A stretch of DNA of 64,000 nucleotides from an uncultured virus (IMG/VR IMGVR_UViG_3300020046_001945) (taxonomy: Duplodnaviria; Heunggongvirae; Uroviricota; Caudoviricetes), in IMG/VR virus record IMGVR_UViG_3300020046_001945; one strand, given 5' to 3'. Numbering within the stretch: position 1 is the stretch's first letter; each line of letters starts with the position of its first letter. The translations under genes were made by a program, and so were the position numbers. This document shows, one piece after another, positions 56,315 through 64,000 of the stretch. Below the pieces are notes generated by a model that worked only from the letters and a program-made list of their open reading frames with translations, was not told the origin of the DNA and made no database searches.

Positions 56315-58743
56315 TATTCACCACCAAATTCAGATTTAACAACATTCGCTAAAGCTGGCATAAAAGTATTTATCCAAAAATTAGAGTCGGAATAGATGTC
56401 ATATTCTTCTATTAGTTCAGGATTAGATATTTCATATTTGCCGGACTTTACAGATGATCTTATTTTGTTAGCATGGTATTCCGGAACAATCATCTCTCCT
56501 TTATGGACAAATGCTTCTTGGTCCCTGTCTATTTTCCACGAACCAATATCAAATGATTTAATTGTTTCTTTTCCTGGAACAAATCCTTCTTTTTTCTGAA
56601 ACGCATCTATGATTTTTTGTCGTGTTGGTTCATCAAACGATGATAACACACCATCACTTCCAGCAACCGCAATAACCGCTTTCGCATAAGCAACTGGATC
56701 ATTTTTATCTTTAGCTGGCGCATATCTCTGCAACGCTTGGGATATCTTTAGATTTTTATAACTTTTAGCTTCAAATAACTGACGATATAATGCTTTTCGT
56801 CCCGACTCATACGAATCAAATACTAAAAACTTACCACTGTCCGTAGCCATTGTACCAATAACTCCAGGACCATTAATATTGGCTGGTATTGGGCGAATAT
56901 TTCCTGGGTTGTTTGCTCGCCAATTAATATTACCTGTTCGTTCTATAAGAGCACCGTCGGTTCTCTTCAACGTTAAAGTCCGTCCTTTAGATGATACAAT
57001 TTCTGAAATAGACGTTTTGATTCCAACAGAAGTCATTAACTCTTGTTGGGGTGTTGTTGTGTCTAAATTATCACCAATAGATGTCATTGTTTCTTTTTTC
57101 TGTGGATTAATATTACCCTGCTGATTTGTTACGTTGTCGGCTGGCGACGCCGCCGTTTCCGAGAAATAACTACGAATCTTTTTCATATCATCAAAAAAGA
57201 CTTCAAATTTCTTGTCTATTTCTCTCTGCTGTTGAATTTGTTGTTTTTTCAAAGATGCTCGTTCTTGAGTTATCTTTTTTTCAACTTCTCTATTTTGTTG
57301 AACATTTGGCACATATGTCTCTGGTTGTCTTTCACCAACAACATAGGTTTTATTTCTAACAACTGGTCCGCCAGTCTTTCGTGTTGATATTGCTACCTTA
57401 CCAACATTAGGAACAATCATATAGATGTTCCCATTTTCAACAACAATCTCTCTTTGTCCACCCGTTTTTGTATTTAATTTATATGTCTGTATTCCTGGAA
57501 GTTTTGGGTCTGTCGATTGAATGATTGGATTTCTTCCATTCATTGCTGACAAATATTTTCCTGTAGAACTATCAACAATCGGCTTCCATTCATCACCAGA
57601 GTTATATTCCCAATAAATGTTTTTGTAGTCTGAGAAATTTGGACGAAGTTCTACCATCGTCCCTTTACTTCTCTCAACATCAATCAACTGTTCGGTCTTA
57701 GCAACTTTCTCTCTTGCTTCGCCAATATATCCTTCAGTTCGTCCATTTGTTTCTTTCATCTTATCAGAAACTAATGTCATTGATGTGCCGAGAGCAAATA
57801 AAGCAATTCCTAATGGTCCTGGGAGAAATGAACCAACAACATTTATAGTATTTCCAAAAGTGTTCATCAACATGGCCGACAAAGCACCTTGAGCAGCTAA
57901 CTTATCCCCAGCTTGAGAATATTTTGAATAATCAGCAAGTCCTGTCTTAACACCTTTTACCAAATCATAGATAGACATAACAGCACCAATAACAGGTAAT
58001 GCTTTTCCACCTAATTTAGTAGCGCCTTTTAACAATCCTCCAGCTTTTCCTACAAGTCCACCCAACTTACTTCCTATTTTAGCGATTCCGCCTATTTTAG
58101 AAAGCGTTGGAAAGTATTTTGCTATTAGTGAAGAAATGATTCCTCCACCCAAAGCTGCTGAAATCAATCCACCAATATTTCCAAAGAAACTCCCCGAATC
58201 CTTTTCTTCTTTAATGTCTCCGAGATTCATGTTTGGAGAATTTGAAAGATTGTCATTGATTCTTTTTAATATAGCTATCTTTTCCGTTTGATATTCATTC
58301 TTCTTATCATCTGTTTTGTAAAAATCTTGAGATGATTGTGAAACTTTTTGTGTTTGTGATTTAATACCAAACAAATTAACTTTTGAAAATACAGCATTAC
58401 CAATTGTTAAACTTGGAAATAGAAACTTAGCAGACGTGATTTTCAGAGTCTTTGGTTTCTCTTTTATTGTTTTTTGTTGTTTAGCAGGTTCAACAATTTT
58501 AGAAACAGACGAAACTAATTTCTTTTGAATTGTCTTTAATTTATTGGCTTCTTTTAACTCATTACCTTTTAAAGAAGTCTTTGTTTTATTCTTCAACAAC
58601 CCCCGAAGAATATTATTAACTGCCTCAAATTCACTGATTTGATTGTCAATAATTTCCGAAGTCTTTTCTAATTCTTTTGCTACATTCTTGTGAGAGGTTT
58701 GCAGTTTGGCGTATTCGGCGTTGAAAAATGTTCTAATATCCAT
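56314..58743 (-). CDS. tape-measure-like protein with lysozyme-like domain
   Basis: Gly-rich amphipathic region, GGPV...YVVGE..PE, RANNPGNIR...RYAP..D.ND..AY. Confidence 0.7.
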   Translation of the reverse strand: MDIRTFFNAEYAKLQTSHKNVAKELEKTSEIIDNQISEFEAVNNILRGLLKNKTKTSLKGNELKEANKLKTIQKKLVSSVSKIVEPAKQQKTIKEKPKTLKITSAKFLFPSLTIGNAVFSKVNLFGIKSQTQKVSQSSQDFYKTDDKKNEYQTEKIAILKRINDNLSNSPNMNLGDIKEEKDSGSFFGNIGGLISAALGGGIISSLIAKYFPTLSKIGGIAKIGSKLGGLVGKAGGLLKGATKLGGKALPVIGAVMSIYDLVKGVKTGLADYSKYSQAGDKLAAQGALSAMLMNTFGNTINVVGSFLPGPLGIALFALGTSMTLVSDKMKETNGRTEGYIGEAREKVAKTEQLIDVERSKGTMVELRPNFSDYKNIYWEYNSGDEWKPIVDSSTGKYLSAMNGRNPIIQSTDPKLPGIQTYKLNTKTGGQREIVVENGNIYMIVPNVGKVAISTRKTGGPVVRNKTYVVGERQPETYVPNVQQNREVEKKITQERASLKKQQIQQQREIDKKFEVFFDDMKKIRSYFSETAASPADNVTNQQGNINPQKKETMTSIGDNLDTTTPQQELMTSVGIKTSISEIVSSKGRTLTLKRTDGALIERTGNINWRANNPGNIRPIPANINGPGVIGTMATDSGKFLVFDSYESGRKALYRQLFEAKSYKNLKISQALQRYAPAKDKNDPVAYAKAVIAVAGSDGVLSSFDEPTRQKIIDAFQKKEGFVPGKETIKSFDIGSWKIDRDQEAFVHKGEMIVPEYHANKIRSSVKSGKYEISNPELIEEYDIYSDSNFWINTFMPALANVVKSEFGGE

Positions 58744-60377
58744 TAAGCAACCCCAAATATATTACCAATATCATATGTAACCATTCTGTTCTGAGTCTTT
58801 TCTGTCTTAATCATTGTGGCAAACTTAGGAACGAATTCATCAATCCAGAACTCTTTTCCTAATTGTGATTTTGTAACATATTGAGGAGTCTGTTTTGTAT
58901 TAAATGGTTGGTTTTGTAATTTGGCTGTAGCTCTCAAAGCTTCAGATTGTGCCGCAGGAATAACCATTTCATCTTGGTGTAGAGAAACTTTCATGTCTTT
59001 TGGAACATTCTTGTCACCAATTCTTCTTGCTGGAGCTGCTGGGGAAGATGAGGGAGAAAAAATAGATTTGACATCTGGAATAAGAGGGATTTTTAGATCA
59101 CCCAAACCAATAGCCTTCAATCCACTATTAACTGTCTCCGAACCAGTGTTAATAACCTTCGTCCCAAAGTCCTTAACCACATCTACGGCGGCTCCCGCAA
59201 CATCCTTAACTTTGCCTACAACTTTCTTTATACCCTGTTTAATCAATTCTAAAATATTAGACGGCCTAAAGAAATCAATAACCTTTTTGAAAGCGTCTGT
59301 GAAATATTTGAACAAGTTAGATGATTTTGTATTTTGTTCCCGAATTAATGCAAACATGCTCTCATATACTTTACTGTTATTAGCATATTTGTCTGTGTGG
59401 CTTTGTAGTTTATGGTTTGGAACTATTCTACCTGATTCTCTTGGCTTGAATAATTCCGGTCCTTTTTCACCAACAATATAAGGTTTTCCGGAAATAACTG
59501 GACCACCTTTTTCTCTTTGTTCAGCATTACCCATTTCATCAAAGTCTTTTGTAAACACACCTGCTTTGATAGAATCATAAATTGTGTAACCAGCTCCTGC
59601 AATTAAAGCAGGGATCAATATTTTCGGATTCTTCAACAACTTTGCCGAATCTTTTAGAACACCCGATGGTTTAAGTTTAGACAATGGTTTGAAAAGACTT
59701 CCTAATTTTTTGAATTTAGAAAGACCAAACAAACTTCCAGCAACGCCGCCAATTCCAGCACCGGCAGCACCAACAAACATTTTTGCTAAATTCCCAAGAC
59801 CTCCAAACAATTCTCCGAAAAGACTTGAGCCGCCATTTGAAAAACTTAGTTTAGATTCAATACTTCTTAATAATTTTAATTCTTCTTCATTACCAGCAGA
59901 AACATCATCCGTTCTATAAAAATCTTCCGATGATTGAGACTTCTTGTCAATATTAACTGGAACTTTGAAATTTTTAGAATTGACTATTAAATTTCCACGG
60001 ACATTCAAAATAGAATTAGAAACATAAACCTTTTCTAATGAGTCTGTTTTCTCTTTCTTAACTGGCTTAACTAACTCTTTTACTGTCTTTGTTTTTGTTG
60101 CTTTTTCAATTAAAGCCGAAGTTGTTTTAAGAAAAGATGAAATGTTTGTTTCATTCTTCTTTTTCTTTTCTTTCTTCTGGTCAATGTCCGAATGAAAAAG
60201 ATTTAATTGGTCAACAGTTGTTCTTATTGTCTTTGTTAACTTCTTAGCTTTGTCAGAATTCTTACTCTGAACATCATTTATATTTTTGGCAGCTTCTAAC
60301 TGAGACGCAGCAATCTTGTTCGTTGCTGCTAATGCCTCATTTAACATATTTGTAATATCTGCAGGAGTTCCAGCCAT
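58743..60377 (-). CDS. tape-measure-like protein, paralog of 56314..58743
   Basis: REKGGPV.SGKPYIVGEKGPELF.P; LHQDEMVIP. Confidence 0.7.
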   Translation of the reverse strand: MAGTPADITNMLNEALAATNKIAASQLEAAKNINDVQSKNSDKAKKLTKTIRTTVDQLNLFHSDIDQKKEKKKKNETNISSFLKTTSALIEKATKTKTVKELVKPVKKEKTDSLEKVYVSNSILNVRGNLIVNSKNFKVPVNIDKKSQSSEDFYRTDDVSAGNEEELKLLRSIESKLSFSNGGSSLFGELFGGLGNLAKMFVGAAGAGIGGVAGSLFGLSKFKKLGSLFKPLSKLKPSGVLKDSAKLLKNPKILIPALIAGAGYTIYDSIKAGVFTKDFDEMGNAEQREKGGPVISGKPYIVGEKGPELFKPRESGRIVPNHKLQSHTDKYANNSKVYESMFALIREQNTKSSNLFKYFTDAFKKVIDFFRPSNILELIKQGIKKVVGKVKDVAGAAVDVVKDFGTKVINTGSETVNSGLKAIGLGDLKIPLIPDVKSIFSPSSSPAAPARRIGDKNVPKDMKVSLHQDEMVIPAAQSEALRATAKLQNQPFNTKQTPQYVTKSQLGKEFWIDEFVPKFATMIKTEKTQNRMVTYDIGNIFGVA

Positions 60378-60382
60378 ATAGA

Positions 60383-60388
60383 TATTTA
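60383..60388 (-). promoter_or_regulatory. late promoter core TAAATA, 5 nt before ATG
   Basis: TAAATA-TCTAT-ATG. Confidence 0.55.
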
Positions 60389-60396
60389 GTTACAAA

Positions 60397-61095
60397 TTAA
60401 ATTCTATCTGTCCACCAAGAATTGAATGGGTCTTTTGGAGCGCATTCCGTAGCTCCTGGTTCATATAAAAATTGTTTTTTCTCATCATCAATAATATCAT
60501 TTAATGCGTAAATATCTTGAACATTTACTCCCGAAGCAGATGTTGTAATATAGTCTCCCATATTAAACAACTCCTCACTTACAAGATACCCTTTGTTCTT
60601 AAATTCAATCAGTTGTAGTGTCCAAGTATGCTTACCTTGAAGAAAAATATTATCTTCTTCTTTGACCATATTGACTTCATAAAACTTGTCATTATATTTG
60701 GCATAAACGATATCACCAATCTTAGGAGAATAACTTGGATAGAATCCTGAAGTTCCTGAAGAGTGATATTGAGAAGCTACAGTGAAATGAATCATACTAA
60801 TGTAGATTGGAAAATTATCAATAACAATGGTCCCCAAAGAAGAAAACATCTTCTCTTCTTTAGGGAGTTCGTAGTGAGCATTATAATCAAATGCTCTTTG
60901 AATAACTCTCGCATTATCCTCACCATATAACTTATCTGCTGAAATAGAAACTGTGTAATATCTCATAGGAACAGCGTGGTGATTGAATCCTTCCATTTGA
61001 AGAACATCATACAACTCACGCTCACAATCATACGCAGAAACACACTTCACGAAAAAGTTTTTATTTGGTAGCGGATTCCAATCATCATAGCTCAT
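60397..61095 (-). CDS. neck / head-closure protein (T4 gp14-like)
   Basis: E.ELYD.L..E...YY...DKLYGED; PK.GDIVY...FYEV..V. Confidence 0.8.
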   Translation of the reverse strand: MSYDDWNPLPNKNFFVKCVSAYDCERELYDVLQMEGFNHHAVPMRYYTVSISADKLYGEDNARVIQRAFDYNAHYELPKEEKMFSSLGTIVIDNFPIYISMIHFTVASQYHSSGTSGFYPSYSPKIGDIVYAKYNDKFYEVNMVKEEDNIFLQGKHTWTLQLIEFKNKGYLVSEELFNMGDYITTSASGVNVQDIYALNDIIDDEKKQFLYEPGATECAPKDPFNSWWTDRI

Positions 61096-61100
61096 ACTTC

Positions 61101-61106
61101 TATTTA
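61101..61106 (-). promoter_or_regulatory. late promoter core TAAATA, 5 nt before ATG
   Basis: TAAATA-GAAGT-ATG. Confidence 0.55.
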
Positions 61107-61337
61107 CTTCTTCCCTAACATATCCATCAAATTAACATTACTCTTGTTTCCTGACATACTCTCATTTCTCTTCTGAATGTAATTATCAAGACGCTCTTTC
61201 AAAGATAGAACTTCATAAAAATCTCTATCTTCAATATTAGTTATATGAGCATGGATAGCCAAAGAAAACTCAATGTCCAGTATCTGGTCTATGGTTATAC
61301 TTGGGAAGAAAGAACTCAGAGTGAAATCGAACCTCAA
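61104..61337 (-). CDS. gp51-like tail assembly protein, probably a frameshift extension of gp26
   Basis: overlaps the upstream gene by 68 nt in the +1 frame; only a TTG start. Confidence 0.55.
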   Translation of the reverse strand: MRFDFTLSSFFPSITIDQILDIEFSLAIHAHITNIEDRDFYEVLSLKERLDNYIQKRNESMSGNKSNVNLMDMLGKK

Positions 61338-62100
61338 TTAGGTTTTCCTCCTGACAAGTCTGATTTGAACAAGCAACAGGAATTACAGGAGATACCCCAA
61401 TTTCAATATCATCCATATAAGACTTGATGAATGAGAAATCTTCAGGGGTCAAATTGTTCAAATACTCATAAACATACTTCAATGACATTTCTTCCCCATT
61501 GATTGTTTTTACCATAGTAGCCATTGAAAGAATCTCTTCATCCAACTGTTGAGCGTTGTTCTTGTTCATCCTCAACATATGAGATACTTTATTCTCATCT
61601 TTGACTTTTGGAAAACAAATTCTCAACTTATCATCTCTATTCAAAAGAGATAGCTCATTATCTACATCAAAATCCTTTTCACTCAAAGAAACAATGTTCA
61701 ACTTATCCATTGTAAACATGTAACGATTCTTAGTTCCGCAATGCTGACAAATATACTCAGTAGAATAACCTTCATTCTTGTAAGTATTAGCCCGAAGCCA
61801 AAATAGAATGTAAAGCTTATCCGCTACATACAACTCGTCAACCTGAATTCCGGTAATTGTATTTTGAAGAACTTCGTTAATGATGAATGAAAAATTGGAT
61901 TCGTTCATTCCAGCCAACAGCTTTGTTTCTTTTACAGTTAGAGGACGACCATATATCATTGTTCCTTCTGGATACAACTTGTAATCTGTTGGAAGTCCTT
62001 CAATCGGAAACATATTAGTCTTAGTTGTAATAGTTTCTTTTTGAATTGACTCCTCTTGGAATTCTTTGACCAGAGGAGTTCTTTTTCTTTGCGGTGTCAT
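61270..62100 (-). CDS. baseplate hub assembly chaperone (T4 gp26-like)
   Basis: RPLTVKE.K.L, D..YILFWLR, two Cys pairs, EFFLP near the end. Confidence 0.8.
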   Translation of the reverse strand: MTPQRKRTPLVKEFQEESIQKETITTKTNMFPIEGLPTDYKLYPEGTMIYGRPLTVKETKLLAGMNESNFSFIINEVLQNTITGIQVDELYVADKLYILFWLRANTYKNEGYSTEYICQHCGTKNRYMFTMDKLNIVSLSEKDFDVDNELSLLNRDDKLRICFPKVKDENKVSHMLRMNKNNAQQLDEEILSMATMVKTINGEEMSLKYVYEYLNNLTPEDFSFIKSYMDDIEIGVSPVIPVACSNQTCQEENLIEVRFHSEFFLPKYNHRPDTGH

Positions 62101-62118
62101 ACATACCTTTCAATGCTT

Positions 62119-62775
62119 CTATAGTAGTATATATGGTAGTTGTTTTCTCTTAGCTCTAACGGTATCGAAATAATCATTTGTTGCCGAAAAATCTCGTTCT
62201 GTTTGATACAATGAACCGCGACCATCAACTTCGTGGAAATGGTCTGCGTTGAATGTGATATCGTAGAAGATTTGCTTTCCTTCTTCGTAACTAAATGTTG
62301 CGGTGGATGCTTTCAGATAATAACAATTCTTAAAATAAACTTTTCTAACATTTGTTCCGTCAGCTTGATACACACTAACAACAATGTGGTCTATTACAGT
62401 TTCTTTATACCGTTTGTTGAATCCATCTTTATCAATATTTCTTTCAACCAGTTTGCGAATCAATTTATTGACAATGCCATCCGAATCTTCCTCAAACCTA
62501 ATGGTAAATTCAAAACCATTGTGGTCTAAAATTGGGAATGATTTAACGAACGGACCTACTTGCTGGTCTTCTTTCTTAAATGAATAATTGGGCAACTCTA
62601 CAGAAACCGCATGATAAGCATATAGCCCATTAAATACGGAAGCTGTAGAGTCAGATTCATCAAAATACACCATGAAATTAAATGACCGCTGAATGTCTTT
62701 TCGAATGTAGAAATTGGCGGTTCTACTTGTTAGAGAACCACCATCATTCAAAAAATTTCCACGGTCATCAGCCAT
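62119..62775 (-). CDS. tail tube-fold protein (gp19/gp54-like)
   Basis: QRSFNF.V...SVELP...FTIRFEE...F.NCY...ITF..D; paralog of the next gene. Confidence 0.7.
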   Translation of the reverse strand: MADDRGNFLNDGGSLTSRTANFYIRKDIQRSFNFMVYFDESDSTASVFNGLYAYHAVSVELPNYSFKKEDQQVGPFVKSFPILDHNGFEFTIRFEEDSDGIVNKLIRKLVERNIDKDGFNKRYKETVIDHIVVSVYQADGTNVRKVYFKNCYYLKASTATFSYEEGKQIFYDITFNADHFHEVDGRGSLYQTERDFSATNDYFDTVRAKRKQLPYILL

Positions 62776-62778
62776 GGA

Positions 62779-63435
62779 TTAGCTCGCTGTCTCCTGAACA
62801 TTTAGCTTCAAGGTAGGATTTGGTCCACCGAGATATGGAGGATTGTCAGTATCACCCATTAACCAGAAATCAAACTGGAATGTGGCGTTATACTTGACCG
62901 CTTCATTTGTGCTATAGTCAAGAGCAACATCATCGACATTTTGAAGCCAAGCGTTGTAGAAATAAATGGAGTTGTTGAAAACTTCACCATTATATCTAAC
63001 AGGAGTGACACGAATCATGTCAACATACGCATCTGACTTAGTTTGTCCACGCTTCTTTCCTGAATTAGAGTGACCCTTAGTAACATCAAAAATCATCTGA
63101 TGCCAATTGTAAAGCCAAATTCCAATTCCTTGAGATTCGGTTTCTTCAAATTGGATAGACGTTGTGTTTCCAAAAGAAGGCTTTCCAGGGAAATACTGCT
63201 TCATCGCACCGAAATTAGATTCGATAGCTTCATGACCGCGCTGAGGAATAGTAGCATTCCGAGCACGAAAAGTAATATCCTCAGACTTCCAATTGGTTCC
63301 AAGAGCCATATCATATCCTGGAAGCTGCTTGTTAGTGAAGTTCATTATCTCAACTTCAAACATGAACGAACGCTCAATATCAGCAAAATTCTTGATATTT
63401 CGTCCTTCAATAAACATGGGAGAAATTCTTGCCAT
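62779..63435 (-). CDS. tail tube protein (T4 gp19-like)
   Basis: ATIP...G....FPG...F..W...NAW..NV..V.LDY...ATFQFD.W; directly follows the sheath gene. Confidence 0.85.
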   Translation of the reverse strand: MARISPMFIEGRNIKNFADIERSFMFEVEIMNFTNKQLPGYDMALGTNWKSEDITFRARNATIPQRGHEAIESNFGAMKQYFPGKPSFGNTTSIQFEETESQGIGIWLYNWHQMIFDVTKGHSNSGKKRGQTKSDAYVDMIRVTPVRYNGEVFNNSIYFYNAWLQNVDDVALDYSTNEAVKYNATFQFDFWLMGDTDNPPYLGGPNPTLKLNVQETAS

Positions 63436-63448
63436 TTTACTTTACTCC

Positions 63449-64000
63449 TTACTCGCTGACCGTGACGGAATCAGCGGTTATTATCACTTTAAGATTTATG
63501 TATTCAATCGCATATGTTGGCTGAATATACAAATCAACATTCAAAATATTCTGAGCAATAGAAGTTGGTGTGTTATTTGTATCATCAACAACTGCTCTGA
63601 ATGACTGAACACCTTCACCTGTCTTTACAGCAGACATGAAGTTGTTAATCAAACTGGTTACCCGTTCGCGAGTCTTGGCAGAGTTTCCTTTGAATAGGAA
63701 AGCGGCAAGAATGTTTTCTACGTTACGTTCGACATAAAGAAGCATACGGCGAACATTAATTCTGTCTCTGGCAGTGTGCTTTAGTTGAGCAGTCTTCTGT
63801 CCCCAAATGTATTGAATTCCAGCAATTCTCTTAACACAGTTGATGTTGTATCTCTCATACAAATCACCAAGGTCAATTTCATCAAGTTTGATGTTTTGCT
63901 TTGCGGCAGGAACTCCACCAAAATCTTGTCCGGCAGGAGCATCCCAACGATTAGCTACACGATCTGTTCTTGCGATAACAGAAGCGGCAAAAATTGAATT
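63449..64000 (-). CDS. tail sheath protein (T4 gp18-like), C-terminal part
   Basis: frame is open to the window edge; W.APAG, IWGQKT, DRINVRR, VD..NNTP, IQP..AIEYI.L. Confidence 0.93.
   Translation of the reverse strand, partial: NSIFAASVIARTDRVANRWDAPAGQDFGGVPAAKQNIKLDEIDLGDLYERYNINCVKRIAGIQYIWGQKTAQLKHTARDRINVRRMLLYVERNVENILAAFLFKGNSAKTRERVTSLINNFMSAVKTGEGVQSFRAVVDDTNNTPTSIAQNILNVDLYIQPTYAIEYINLKVIITADSVTVSE

Noticed and set aside
131..63997. Many antisense or out-of-frame ORFs in the track (e.g. 131..454, 4191..4532, 23793..24176, 52971..53393, 58921..59481)
   Set aside because: They lie inside better-supported genes, lack an RBS or motifs, and look like shadow ORFs.
1..64000. tRNA, rRNA, intron or intein
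   Set aside because: No cloverleaf, rRNA-like segment, or interrupted or oversized conserved gene was recognised by eye.

Overview
AT-rich segment of a large T4-like contractile-tailed (myovirus) phage genome, read in the standard genetic code. (1) 1-23.7 kb, + strand: tightly overlapping early-type small ORFs driven by TTGAC-N17-TATATT promoters. They are dominated by about 45-49 copies of one 55-75 aa module with an MK(I/L)-x-hydrophobic start, a hypervariable middle and a basic RR(M/L)K(L/W) end. Copies occur alone, fused to membrane, HD or other domains, or broken. A cluster of DnaA-box-like repeats lies at about 10.1 kb and an island of late genes at 14.3-16.6 kb. (2) 23.7-33.4 kb: a tandem DUF3140-like protein, an NAD-dependent ligase, a four-gene split methyltransferase/helicase/nuclease module bracketed by a duplicated 32-bp promoter, an HEXXH peptidase and PhoH. 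(3) 33.4-64 kb, - strand: late tail, baseplate and neck genes with TAAATA promoters. These are gp3, a YadA-repeat fibre, a giant gp7-like wedge, gp6, an inserted GT2 glycosyltransferase, gp25, gp5, hub, gp53, two paralogous tape-measure-like proteins, gp14, gp26 with a candidate +1 frameshift extension, two tube-fold genes and a partial sheath. All calls come from motif recognition by eye; no database search was run and all counts are manual.
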